Shown here: positions 19,446 to 28,438 of the stretch, piece by piece
Numbering within the stretch: position 1 is the first letter of the stretch
Layout: every line of letters begins with the position of its first letter
DNA from: an uncultured Actinomycetota bacterium
GTDB taxonomy: Bacteria; Actinomycetota; Actinomycetes; Propionibacteriales; Nocardioidaceae
DNA: 64,000 nt
Direction of reading: 5' to 3'
NCBI GenBank assembly: GCA_963747435.1
Contig: CAVVFK010000001.1
Coordinates: 76,674-140,673, forward strand
Program-made: the position numbers and the translations under genes
Notes under the pieces: model-generated
Told to the model about the DNA's origin: nothing
The model's database searches: none
The model's input: the letters and a program-made list of their open reading frames with translations, nothing else

Positions 19446-19943
19446 ATGAGGACCGCATTCACCGCTCTAGTCCTGGCCGCCCTCGCCCTCAGCCTCAGCG
19501 CTTGCGGGCAGACCGAGGAGGCCAAGGCCTCGCTCTCGCGCAGCTTCCAGAAGGAGGACCTCGGCGACACCGACGTCAGCGCCGAGCAGGGCGACTGCAT
19601 GGCCGAGGCGATCGTCGACGGGGTCGGCGTCGACCAGCTCAAGGAGTACGACGTCCTCGACGACGACGGCCGGGTCAACGACAACCTCGGCGACACCGAG
19701 CTCTCCGAGGAGGACGCCGACATCGTGGCCTCCGCCCTCGTGGACTGCATCGGCGCGGAGGAGATCGTGCAGGCCCAGATCGTCCAGGACCAGATGACCA
19801 AGCAGCAGCGCGACTGCGTGCTGGAGGCGATCGACGCCGAGCAGCTGACCGCCCTGATCTCTTCGGGGTTCCAGGGCGGCGCGCCCGAGAGCGACACCCA
19901 GGGCGAGATGCAGGAGGATATGAACGCCTGCATGAAGAAGTGA
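19446..19943 (+). CDS. Acidic Cys4 lipoprotein, paralog 2
   Basis: Signal and lipobox MRTAFTALVLAALALSLSAC. Conserved blocks are DCMAEAIVDGVGVDQLKEYDVLDDD, VDCIGAEEIV, RDCVLEAID and NACM. Confidence 0.8.
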   Translation: MRTAFTALVLAALALSLSACGQTEEAKASLSRSFQKEDLGDTDVSAEQGDCMAEAIVDGVGVDQLKEYDVLDDDGRVNDNLGDTELSEEDADIVASALVDCIGAEEIVQAQIVQDQMTKQQRDCVLEAIDAEQLTALISSGFQGGAPESDTQGEMQEDMNACMKK

Positions 19944-19983
19944 CCGACGAGACCGAGAACCGCCCAGTGTGCGAGGAGCACCC

Positions 19984-20484
19984 ATGAAAACCATGATTGT
20001 GGCCCTGCTGGCCGTCACGAGCCTGCTGCTCACCGGCTGCGGCAACGACGACGAGAAGGCCAAGGAAAGCATCCAGGCCAAGATGCTGGAGGAGAACGAG
20101 ATCGCCGGCACCAAGGTCACCGAGGACGACGCGACCTGCCTCTCCGACGGCATCGTCGACGAGATCGGCACCGACCAGCTCAAGGAGTACGGCCTGCTCA
20201 ACGACGATCTCGAGGTCGAGGACTCGGTCGGCGACGTCAAGATGGAGAAGGAGGACGCGGACTCGATGGCCTCGGTCTTCGTCGACTGCATGGACGCCGA
20301 GAAGATCATCGAGGACCAGTTCTCCTCCATGTCCAGCTCGCTGTCCGACGAGCAGCAGAAGTGCGTCGAGGACGTCCTCGACGAGGAGAAGGTCAAGGAG
20401 ATCATGTCGCTGGCCTTCCAGGGTGACACCTCCGGGATGGGCAGCCTGATGCAGGAAGACATGATGAACTGCATCCAGGGCTGA
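19984..20484 (+). CDS. Acidic Cys4 lipoprotein, paralog 3
   Basis: ATG at 19984 with signal and lipobox MKTMIVALLAVTSLLLTGC. Blocks are TCLSDGIVDEIGTDQLKEYGLLNDD, VDCMDAEKII, QKCVEDVLD and NCIQG. Confidence 0.8.
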   Translation: MKTMIVALLAVTSLLLTGCGNDDEKAKESIQAKMLEENEIAGTKVTEDDATCLSDGIVDEIGTDQLKEYGLLNDDLEVEDSVGDVKMEKEDADSMASVFVDCMDAEKIIEDQFSSMSSSLSDEQQKCVEDVLDEEKVKEIMSLAFQGDTSGMGSLMQEDMMNCIQG

Positions 20485-20503
20485 GGCCCACCACTCGCCC
20501 ACC

Positions 20504-20542
20504 GGGGCGCCGCCGATCTGTTCGGCGGCGCCCCGTTTGCTT
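20504..20542 (+). terminator. Rho-independent terminator after the lipoprotein triplet
   Basis: GGGGCGCCGCCG, loop atctgtt, CGGCGGCGCCCC, followed by GTTTGCTT. Confidence 0.75.
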
Positions 20543-20574
20543 CCGCGGGGTGCCGTCGATCGGCCCTGGTCACC

Positions 20575-22167
20575 TCAGCTGGCGACGGTGGCGACGACCT
20601 GGGAGCGGGTGACCGGGTCGGACCAGGCGTGGCCGGTGGCGACCAGCCGCCGGGCAGAGAGCAGCAGGAAGGGCAGGGCGATGAGCACCGACCACTCCCA
20701 CGGGGCCCGGGCCAGCACCGAGAAGAGCATCCCGACCAGGGTGGTCGACAGGGCCAGGCGCGAGGAGTAGCCGACCATCACCAGCGGCGGGGCCGGGGTG
20801 GCGCGCGCGGAGCGCAGGTCGACCGAGAAGGGACGCCTGACCGACCAGCGCAGCGAGGCCGACACCACCTGGATGACCACGACCAGCGCGGCACACACCA
20901 CGGCGGCGAGCTGCGAGGTGGAGGGCACCCCGGCTCGCAGGCTCGCGAGCACCATCGTGCCGGCGCTGGCGAGGATGAGCACCTCGGTGAGGACGTAGGC
21001 GCGGGAGGCGAAGACGGTGCCCGCTGAGACCGGCAGGCTGTCGCGCCACAGGGCTCCGCGCCCGTCCAGCGACCAGCTGTTGACCCCGAAGAGCAGAGCG
21101 CCACCAGAGGCGACCAGGCCCGGCAGGATCGGCAGCATGTACCAGTCGAGCCCACCCGCGACCGCGACCAGGCCGGGCATCACCATGAGCACGCCGAGGC
21201 CGCGGCGCAGCGGCACCGAGCGCCAGATGCCGACCCGGTCGGTGCGGACCAGGGCGATGAAGTCCGAGGAGGGGTGCGGTCGCGAGGAGTACGACGCCGA
21301 CTCCAGCCGCACCTCGTCACGGGCCGGGCGGTGGGTGACCGCCGAGGCGACCAGCGCGCCGGCCGCGACGGCCAGGAGCGTGATCGCGAGCAGCGTGGCG
21401 ATGACCATCAGGTACCGCCCGTCGATGACGCTGTTGGCTCCCAGCGAGGCGATGGTGACCTGCAGCGTCGGGCTCTGCTGCAGCAGCGGCACCAGCTGGT
21501 CCGCGGCGATGAGGTAGGTGCCCACCAGCCCGAGGACCAGCGAGAGGCCGCGGATCGTCCAGGCACCCCCGCGTCCGCGCCGCACCCACTCCATCGACCA
21601 GCCGATGACCTGGGCGACCGAGGTCGCGCAGACCAGCCAGAGCACGATCGGGAGCTGCACGACCGGCAGGCGCCAGGAGGGCCCGATGACGTAGGCGGTG
21701 GCGCCGAGCAGGGTCCAGGTCTGCATCAGCCAGGCGATGTTGAGCGGCGCCATGATCAGGGCGCCGAGGTGGTCGGTCAGCGGGCTGACCGGGTAGGACA
21801 CGGCTTGGTCGCGCGGCAGCAGCTCACGTCCGCCGGCGGAGGCCGCGGCGGAGATCGAGGCGATCACCAGGATGCCGACCATGGCGCTGGGCAGCAGCGA
21901 CAGCACGTCGGTGCGGCGTCCGTCGCCGCTCGGCAGGTAGGCGGGGATCCAGGCGGAGGCGACGGTGAGCGCGAGGATCACCACCACGCCGTACGTGGCG
22001 AGCTTGCGGGCCCGACCGCGCAGGCTGGAGGCGCGGAAGGCGAGCAGCGACCTGGTGTCGGCGATCCCGATGCGGACCGCGCCGAGGTGCCCGCGGGGGT
22101 CGCCGGGGGCGCGCGTGGCCGCGGTCGAGGTGCCGCGCCGCTCAGTCGAGGAGGGCCCGGTAGGCAT
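20575..22167 (-). CDS. Polytopic membrane protein, putative ABC transporter permease (no family recognised)
   Basis: 530-aa ORF with many hydrophobic segments, directly downstream of an ABC ATPase and overlapping it by 26 nt. The start is uncertain because a downstream GTG is possible. Confidence 0.65.
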   Translation of the reverse strand: MPTGPSSTERRGTSTAATRAPGDPRGHLGAVRIGIADTRSLLAFRASSLRGRARKLATYGVVVILALTVASAWIPAYLPSGDGRRTDVLSLLPSAMVGILVIASISAAASAGGRELLPRDQAVSYPVSPLTDHLGALIMAPLNIAWLMQTWTLLGATAYVIGPSWRLPVVQLPIVLWLVCATSVAQVIGWSMEWVRRGRGGAWTIRGLSLVLGLVGTYLIAADQLVPLLQQSPTLQVTIASLGANSVIDGRYLMVIATLLAITLLAVAAGALVASAVTHRPARDEVRLESASYSSRPHPSSDFIALVRTDRVGIWRSVPLRRGLGVLMVMPGLVAVAGGLDWYMLPILPGLVASGGALLFGVNSWSLDGRGALWRDSLPVSAGTVFASRAYVLTEVLILASAGTMVLASLRAGVPSTSQLAAVVCAALVVVIQVVSASLRWSVRRPFSVDLRSARATPAPPLVMVGYSSRLALSTTLVGMLFSVLARAPWEWSVLIALPFLLLSARRLVATGHAWSDPVTRSQVVATVAS

Positions 22168-22876
22168 CGGCGCCCGCCTCTCCGCTCATCTCGACCGCTG
22201 GCATCTCGGCGACCGCCGATCCGCCGCGCAGCACGATCGCCTCACCGCAGGCCTCCACGGCCAGCTCGCGCAGGTGGGTGGAGACCAGGACGGCGGCGCC
22301 GCGGGCCCGTGCGTCGGCGACGACGTCGAGGGTCGCCTCGACCCCGAGCGGGTCGACTCCGTCGAAGGGCTCGTCGAGCAGCAGCACCTCGGGCTCGTGG
22401 AAGGCGGCCATGATCACCGACATCCGTCGGCCCATGCCGTGGCTGAACCCGGCGGTGACCCGGTGCGCGGCAGCGCCGAGGTCGAAGCGCTCGAGCAGCT
22501 CGCGGCCGCGCTCCTCCCACCGCTCGAGGCGACGCAGCCGCGCGGCGAGCTGGAGGTGCTCCCACGGCGTCGCACGCGGGACCAGGCCACCGACGTCGGG
22601 GCAGTAGCCGGTCAGCCGCTTGACCGACATGGTGTCGGCGCGCAGGTCGTGACCCAGCACCCGCACCCCGCCGGCGGTCGCGGGGATCACCCCGGCGAGC
22701 ACGCGCATCGTGGTCGACTTCCCGGCGCCATTGCGGCCCAGCAGCGCGGTCGCGCTGCCCGCCGGCACGGTGAAGGAGATCCCCCGCACCGCGTCGACCT
22801 GCCCGAACCGCACCCACAGCTCGTCCACGTCGACCACGGGGTCGACGGCATGCGGACGCGCCGGCTCGGAGGGCAT
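22142..22876 (-). CDS. ABC transporter ATP-binding protein
   Basis: ATG at 22876. Walker A is GRNGAGKSTT, the signature-like motif is FSHGMGRR and Walker B is LLLDEPFDGVD. Confidence 0.85.
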   Translation of the reverse strand: MPSEPARPHAVDPVVDVDELWVRFGQVDAVRGISFTVPAGSATALLGRNGAGKSTTMRVLAGVIPATAGGVRVLGHDLRADTMSVKRLTGYCPDVGGLVPRATPWEHLQLAARLRRLERWEERGRELLERFDLGAAAHRVTAGFSHGMGRRMSVIMAAFHEPEVLLLDEPFDGVDPLGVEATLDVVADARARGAAVLVSTHLRELAVEACGEAIVLRGGSAVAEMPAVEMSGEAGADAYRALLD

Positions 22877-23068
22877 GGTCAAAGTCTGGCAACTTTCCGC
22901 CCGTCGCGCGCCGGTAAGACCCAAATCGGGCCATCGCCCCACTCCTTGCGCTGCCTCCTCGGCCGCGGCAGCCTCGACCGGCACGGCGTAGGTCAGGTGC
23001 GTCACCATCGACGAGCGTTCGGCGCTACGCGGCCCTCCTCGCCGGGCTGGCCGCTCGGGTTGCCAGTT

Positions 23069-23203
23069 CTAGTGCTTCTTGCCTGGCGGCACGATTTCAG
23101 TCTTGTTCTTGGCCGCGGCCTTCAGGTGCTTCGCGGCGCGCTTCTCTTTGAGAGACTTGCCCGCCTTCTTGGACAGGTGTTGGCGAGGGGACTTGTCGGC
23201 CAT
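23069..23203 (-). CDS. Small lysine-rich basic protein (44 aa)
   Basis: ATG at 23203 lies 5 nt after a canonical AAGGAG. The translation is MADKSPRQHLSKKAGKSLKEKRAAKHLKAAAKNKTEIVPPGKKH. Confidence 0.65.
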   Translation of the reverse strand: MADKSPRQHLSKKAGKSLKEKRAAKHLKAAAKNKTEIVPPGKKH

Positions 23204-23288
23204 GACTGCTCCTTTGAGAGGAAGCGTGAACCGGCTTCCTCGATCCACCGTACGCCCAGCTCGGGGCGTACGCGGACCAGCGCCGTTG

Positions 23289-23319
23289 GGCCCGGCAGTC
23301 GGGTCGACTGCCGGGCCCC
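23289..23319 (-). terminator. Hairpin downstream of fadB
   Basis: Perfect 14-bp stem GGGCCCGGCAGTCG / CGACTGCCGGGCCC with a 3-nt loop. Confidence 0.6.
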
Positions 23320-23333
23320 ACGTGCGGTGGACC

Positions 23334-25520
23334 TCAGACCGAGAAGGGCTCACCCTTCTCGGCGCGCTCGACCAAGGTGGCCGGCGGCTCGAAGCGCTCG
23401 CCGTAGGTCGCGGCGAGCTCCTGGGCACGGGCCACGAACGCCTTGATGCCGTGGCCGTGCGGGCCCTGGTAGCCGTTGATGAACTGCGCGGCGCCACCGG
23501 TGTTGGCGGGGAACCCGATGCCGAAGATGGAGCCGATGTTGGCCTCGGCGGTGGAGTTGATGACTCCTTCGTCGAAGCAGCGAACCGTCTCCACGGCCTC
23601 GATGAAGAGCATCCGGTCCTTGACGTCCTGGAACGGGATCTGCTCCTGGGCCACGGGGAACTCCTCGAAGACGCCCTGCCACAGCCCCTTGCGCTTGCCG
23701 GCCTCGTCGTACTCGTAGAAGCCGGCGCCCTTGAGCTTGCTGGAGCGGCCGAGCTCGATCATCTTGTCGATCACCTTCTCCGCGGGGTGCGGGGTGTAGG
23801 TGCCGCCCTCGCGCTCGACGGCGTTCTTGGTCGCGTTGCGGATCTTGACCATCAGCTCCATGTTGAGCTCGTCGCTGAGCTGCAGCGTGCCGACGGGGTA
23901 GCCGTCCTGCTGCGCGGCGCGCTCGACGCTGATCGGGTGCACGCCCTCGCCGACCATGGCGAGGCCCTCGTTGACGAAGGTGCCGATGACACGGGAGGTG
24001 TAGAAGCCGCGGCTGTCGTTGACCACGATCGGGGTCTTCTTGATCTGCTGCACGACGTCGATCGCCTTGGCCACGGCGGCCTCGGAGGTCTTGCCCCCCT
24101 TGATGATCTCGACCAGCGGCATCTTGTCGACCGGCGAGAAGAAGTGCAGACCGATGAAGTCCTCGGGACGCTCGATCCCCTCGGCCAGCTCGGTGATCGG
24201 CAGGGTCGAGGTGTTCGAGCACAGCAGCGCGTCGGAGGCGAGCTCGGGGACGATCTCGGCGAAGACCTTCGCCTTGAGGTCGGGGTCCTCGAAGACCGCC
24301 TCGATCACCAGGTCGGCGCCGGCCGCGGCCTTGGGGTCGTCGGTCGCGGTGATCCGGTCGAGCAGCTCTCGGGACTTCTCCTCGGTGAGCTTGCCCTTGG
24401 CGACGCCCTTCTCGTTGAGCTTCTGGGAGTAGGACTTGCCCTTCTCCGCGGCCTCCTGGGAGACGTCCTTGAGGACGACCTCCATCCCGGCGCGGGCACA
24501 GACGTAGGCGATGCCGGCTCCCATCATGCCGGCGCCGAGGACCACCACCTTCGCAGCGGTGTACTGGTCGTGGCCCTTGGGCCGCAGCTTGCCGGAGTTG
24601 ATGGCCTGGAGGTCGAAGAAGAACGCCTGGATCATGTTCTTGGCGTTCTGACCGGTGGCGAGCTCGACGAAGTAGCGTGCCTCGACCCGCTCGGCGCCGG
24701 CGACGTCGAGCTGGGCGCCCTCGACCGCAGCCGACATGATCGCGCGCGGCGCGGGGTAGTCGGCGCCCTTGAGCTGCTTGCGCAGCGTCGCGGGGAACGC
24801 CGGCAGCATCTGGGCCAGCGCCGGGTGGGAGGGGGTGCCGCCGGGCATCTTGTAGCCCTTGCGGTCCCACGGCTGGGTGGCCGCCTCCTCGTCGCCCTGG
24901 TGCTCCAGCACCCAGGCGCGGGCCTTCTCGACCAGCTGGTCGCCCGGGACCAGCTCGTCGACCAGGCCCTTCTCCTGGGCGGCTTCGGGCTTGTAGCGCT
25001 GGCCCTGGAGCAGGACGTCCATGAGAGCGGACTGGATGCCGAGCATCCGCACGGTTCGGACCACGCCGCCGCCACCGGGCAGCAGGCCGAGGGTCACCTC
25101 GGGCAGCCCGATCTCGTAGCGGCCCTCCGCGGCGATCCGGCGGTGGCAGGACAGCGCGATCTCGAGGCCGCCACCGAGGGCGGCGCCGTTGATCGCCGCC
25201 ACGACCGGCTTGCCGAGGGTCTCCAGGCGACGCAGGTCGGCCTTGAGCCCGATCGACTCCTCGAAGAGCTGCTGGGCGTCGTCCTTGGTCGCCTGGATCA
25301 ACAGGTTCAGGTTGCCGCCTGCGAAGAAGGTCTTCTTCGCCGAGGTCAGGACGACACCGACGACGTCGTCCTTCTCGTCGTAGAGCCGGTCGACGGCCGC
25401 GGCCATCCCGTCCCTGTAGGCCTGGTTCATCGTGTTGGCGCTGGCGTCCGGGTCGTCCAGCGTCAGGGTGACGACTCCGTCGGAGTCGCGCTCGTAGCGC
25501 ACTGCGCTCTGGTCAGACAT
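23334..25520 (-). CDS. fadB: Multifunctional enoyl-CoA hydratase / 3-hydroxyacyl-CoA dehydrogenase
   Basis: 728 aa. The N-terminal part is crotonase-like (FFAGGNLN, AAINGAALGGGLEIAL). The C-terminal part is a 3-hydroxyacyl-CoA dehydrogenase domain (VVVLGAGMMGAGIA). Confidence 0.9.
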   Translation of the reverse strand: MSDQSAVRYERDSDGVVTLTLDDPDASANTMNQAYRDGMAAAVDRLYDEKDDVVGVVLTSAKKTFFAGGNLNLLIQATKDDAQQLFEESIGLKADLRRLETLGKPVVAAINGAALGGGLEIALSCHRRIAAEGRYEIGLPEVTLGLLPGGGGVVRTVRMLGIQSALMDVLLQGQRYKPEAAQEKGLVDELVPGDQLVEKARAWVLEHQGDEEAATQPWDRKGYKMPGGTPSHPALAQMLPAFPATLRKQLKGADYPAPRAIMSAAVEGAQLDVAGAERVEARYFVELATGQNAKNMIQAFFFDLQAINSGKLRPKGHDQYTAAKVVVLGAGMMGAGIAYVCARAGMEVVLKDVSQEAAEKGKSYSQKLNEKGVAKGKLTEEKSRELLDRITATDDPKAAAGADLVIEAVFEDPDLKAKVFAEIVPELASDALLCSNTSTLPITELAEGIERPEDFIGLHFFSPVDKMPLVEIIKGGKTSEAAVAKAIDVVQQIKKTPIVVNDSRGFYTSRVIGTFVNEGLAMVGEGVHPISVERAAQQDGYPVGTLQLSDELNMELMVKIRNATKNAVEREGGTYTPHPAEKVIDKMIELGRSSKLKGAGFYEYDEAGKRKGLWQGVFEEFPVAQEQIPFQDVKDRMLFIEAVETVRCFDEGVINSTAEANIGSIFGIGFPANTGGAAQFINGYQGPHGHGIKAFVARAQELAATYGERFEPPATLVERAEKGEPFSV

Positions 25521-25594
25521 GAGTGATGGTTCCTTTGTGACGAGTCTGCGGAATTCGTGGCTCCGCTGAGTTCGGATGTGTGGGGGTTTGACGC

Positions 25595-26818
25595 TCAGAC
25601 GCGCTCGACGATGGTGGCGATGCCCATGCCGCCGCCGACGCAGAGCGTGGCGAGGCCGCGCTGCAGGTCGCGACGCTCGAGCTCGTCGATGAGCGTGCCG
25701 AGGATCATCGCGCCGGTCGCACCGAGCGGGTGGCCCATGGCGATCGCGCCACCGTTGACGTTGACCTTGTCGTGGTCGAGGTCGAGGTCGCGCATGAAGC
25801 GCATCGCGACCGCGGCGAAGGCCTCGTTGATCTCGAAGAGGTCGATGTCGTCGGGGGTCATGCCGGCCTTGTCCAGCGCCTTGCGGCTGGCCGGGGCGGG
25901 GCCGGTGAGCATGATCGTCGGGTCGGCACCGGAGACGGCGGCCGAGACGATGCGGGCGCGCGGGGTGAGACCGAGGTCCTTGCCGGCCTGCTCGTTGCCG
26001 ATGGCGACCAACGCGGCACCGTCGACGATGCCCGAGCTGTTGCCGGCGTGGTGGACGTGGTTGATGCGCTCGACCCAGTGGTACTTCTCCAGCGCCACCG
26101 AGTCGAAGCCCAGGTCACCGTGGAAGGCGAACGACGGCTTGAGGCCGGACAGGCTCTCCACGGTGGTGCCGGGGCGGATGAACTCGTCCTTGCCGAGGAC
26201 CATGAGGCCGTTGCGGTCCTTGACCGGCACGACGGAGTTGTCGAAGTAGCCGTTGGCCTGCGCCTTGGCGGCGCGGGCCTGCGACTCGGCGGCGAACTCG
26301 TCGACCGCCTCGCGGTCCCAGCCGCCCAGGGTGGCGATCAGGTCGGCGCCGATGCCCTGCGGGACGAAGGCGGTGCCGAACGCGGTGGCGGGGTCGGAGG
26401 CCCAGGAACCGCCGTCGGAGCCCATCGGCACCCGGCTCATCGACTCCACGCCGCCGGCGAGGATCAGGTCCTCCCAGCCGGAGCGGATCCGGCCGGCGGC
26501 CTGGTTGACGGCCTCGAGGCCGGAGGCGCAGAAGCGGTTGAGCTGCACCCCGGCGACGGTCTCGGGATAGCCGGCCGCGATGGCGGCGGTCTTGGCGATG
26601 TCGCCACCCTGGTCGCCCAGGGGCGAGACCACACCGAGCACCACGTCGTCGACGCGCTCGGGGTCGAACCCGTCGTTGCGCTCACGGACCTCGTCGAGGA
26701 GGGTCGTGACCAGGTCGATCGGCTTCACCTCGTGGAGGGAGCCGTCCTTCTTGCCCTTGCCCCGCGGGGTGCGGAGCGCGTCGTACACGTATGCCTCTTG
26801 CGCTGATGACACAGCCAT
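25595..26818 (-). CDS. fadA: Acetyl-CoA C-acyltransferase (thiolase)
   Basis: ATG at 26818 ([23 protein letters not shown]...). Motifs [15 protein letters not shown] and CVGGGMG are present. Confidence 0.9.
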   Translation of the reverse strand: MAVSSAQEAYVYDALRTPRGKGKKDGSLHEVKPIDLVTTLLDEVRERNDGFDPERVDDVVLGVVSPLGDQGGDIAKTAAIAAGYPETVAGVQLNRFCASGLEAVNQAAGRIRSGWEDLILAGGVESMSRVPMGSDGGSWASDPATAFGTAFVPQGIGADLIATLGGWDREAVDEFAAESQARAAKAQANGYFDNSVVPVKDRNGLMVLGKDEFIRPGTTVESLSGLKPSFAFHGDLGFDSVALEKYHWVERINHVHHAGNSSGIVDGAALVAIGNEQAGKDLGLTPRARIVSAAVSGADPTIMLTGPAPASRKALDKAGMTPDDIDLFEINEAFAAVAMRFMRDLDLDHDKVNVNGGAIAMGHPLGATGAMILGTLIDELERRDLQRGLATLCVGGGMGIATIVERV

Positions 26819-26896
26819 CGTCCCTGCTTTCGAAACAGACAACCGCGACGGAGCCGCCGCGGACGAGAAGGCGGGCTGCGCGCAGCCCGCTGACCA

Positions 26897-26920
26897 GATT
26901 GTGACACTTTTACTGTCACG
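26897..26920. promoter_or_regulatory. Candidate operator GATTgTGACActtttACTGTCACG upstream of fadA-fadB
   Basis: An AT-rich patch 79-102 nt upstream of the fadA ATG. 18 of 24 positions are identical to the site at 28223-28246. Confidence 0.5.
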
Positions 26921-27046
26921 GTCAATGGTCGCCCCGGTCAGGTGTGATGCACCTCGCAGCGCCGGAGGCCATGGCCGAGCGAGCAGGCTCGGCCGTGCGT
27001 GGCGGTGCGCCCGAAGCCCCGGCCCGTGCGGAAGCCGTCGGTTCGC

Positions 27047-28216
27047 TCAGCCCTGGACCGCGGCTCCGGACTCCAGCAGCTCCCCGACCCCAGAGACGCC
27101 CCAGGCCTCGAGCACGGCGCGCGTCCCCCCGCCGGCGACGGACGGCCCGGAGGTGAGGGTGGCCTCGGTGCGGGAGAAGCGCGGCGCCGGCGCGGGCTGG
27201 AGCAGACCATCCTGCTCCAGGTACACCCCGCGGGCGGCCATGTGCGGATGCCGGGCGGCCTCGGTCATCGGCAGGATCGGCGCCACGCAGGCGTCGGTGC
27301 CGTCGAACACCTCGGCCCACTCGGCCTGAGTCCGGGTCGCGAAGGTCTCGGTCAGCACCGCGCGCAGCTCACCGAGCTGGGCGAAGTCGTGGCGGTCAGG
27401 CACCTGCTCCTCCAGGCCCATCAACCGGATCATCTCGGCGTAGAACTGCGGCTCCAGCGCCCCGACGCTCATGTGCTTGCCGTCGGAGGTCTCATAGATG
27501 TCGTAGTAGGGGATGCCGCCGTCGAGCAGGTTGGCGGCGCGCTGCTCCTGGGCGAAGCCGCTGGCCAGGATCGCCGCCCACATCATGTTCAGGTGCGCCG
27601 CGCCGTCGACGATCGCGGCGTCGACCACCTGGCCGGTGCCGGAGACCCGCGCCTCGAGCAGGGCGGCGAGCACGCCGATCACCAGGTACGTCGAGCCGCC
27701 GCCGAAGTCTCCGACGAGGTTGCTGGGGAAGTGCGGGCGTCCGGGGTCCTGGCCCAGCCCGTGCAGCACGCCCGCGATGCCGATGTAGTTCATGTCGTGA
27801 CCGGCGGTGTGGGCCAGCGGCCCGTCCTGGCCCCACCCCGTCATCCGGCCGTAGACCAGGGCCGGGTTCAGCGCCAGGCAGTCCTCGGGTCCGATCCCGA
27901 GCCGCTCGGTCACCCCGGGCCGCATCCCCTCGACGAGGACGTCGGCGGTGGCGATCAGCTCCTTGAGCGCCCGCAGCGCGTCGGGGTTCTTCAGGTCCAT
28001 CGCGACGCTGGGACGCCCGCGGGTCAGCAGGTCGGTCTCCCGGGGGCCCGCGCTCGCCGCACCGCCCGGCTTCTCGACCCGGATCACGTCGGCCCCGAGG
28101 TCAGCCAGCAGCGTGGCAGCGTGCGGACCGGGCCCGATCCCAGCGATCTCCACCACCTTGACGCCCCGAAGCGGCCCAGTCCCCTGTGCCAGCGCGTAGC
28201 CGGTGTCATCAGCCAT
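27047..28216 (-). CDS. mcr: Alpha-methylacyl-CoA racemase (family III CoA-transferase fold)
   Basis: ATG at 28216. GPLRGVKVVEIAGIGPGPHAATLLADLGADVIRVEKP closely recalls the N-terminus of mycobacterial MCR. Confidence 0.75.
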   Translation of the reverse strand: MADDTGYALAQGTGPLRGVKVVEIAGIGPGPHAATLLADLGADVIRVEKPGGAASAGPRETDLLTRGRPSVAMDLKNPDALRALKELIATADVLVEGMRPGVTERLGIGPEDCLALNPALVYGRMTGWGQDGPLAHTAGHDMNYIGIAGVLHGLGQDPGRPHFPSNLVGDFGGGSTYLVIGVLAALLEARVSGTGQVVDAAIVDGAAHLNMMWAAILASGFAQEQRAANLLDGGIPYYDIYETSDGKHMSVGALEPQFYAEMIRLMGLEEQVPDRHDFAQLGELRAVLTETFATRTQAEWAEVFDGTDACVAPILPMTEAARHPHMAARGVYLEQDGLLQPAPAPRFSRTEATLTSGPSVAGGGTRAVLEAWGVSGVGELLESGAAVQG

Positions 28217-28222
28217 GCGGCG

Positions 28223-28246
28223 GATTCTGACAGCAGAACTGTCACG
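28223..28246. promoter_or_regulatory. Candidate operator GATTcTGACAgcagaACTGTCACG upstream of mcr
   Basis: Lies 7-30 nt upstream of the mcr ATG. It has the same half-sites (TGACA-N7-TGTCA) and the same flanks as the site at 26897-26920. Confidence 0.5.
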
Positions 28247-28438
28247 TTCGCCAGGCTGGGTGTTCGTGGAGGGGCCTGAGCTGGGGTGCACGGCTACCGG
28301 GCCATCCGGCGAACGGCGAGGCGCGCTGTCGCCGTGTCGCCCGGGACTCGCGCTGTGGGCGGCCCGGGCAACGAGGCGCCCACGCCTCCTTGACGCTGCG
28401 CCCCACCGCCCTCCGGCTGACCCGCCACCCGCGCGTTG

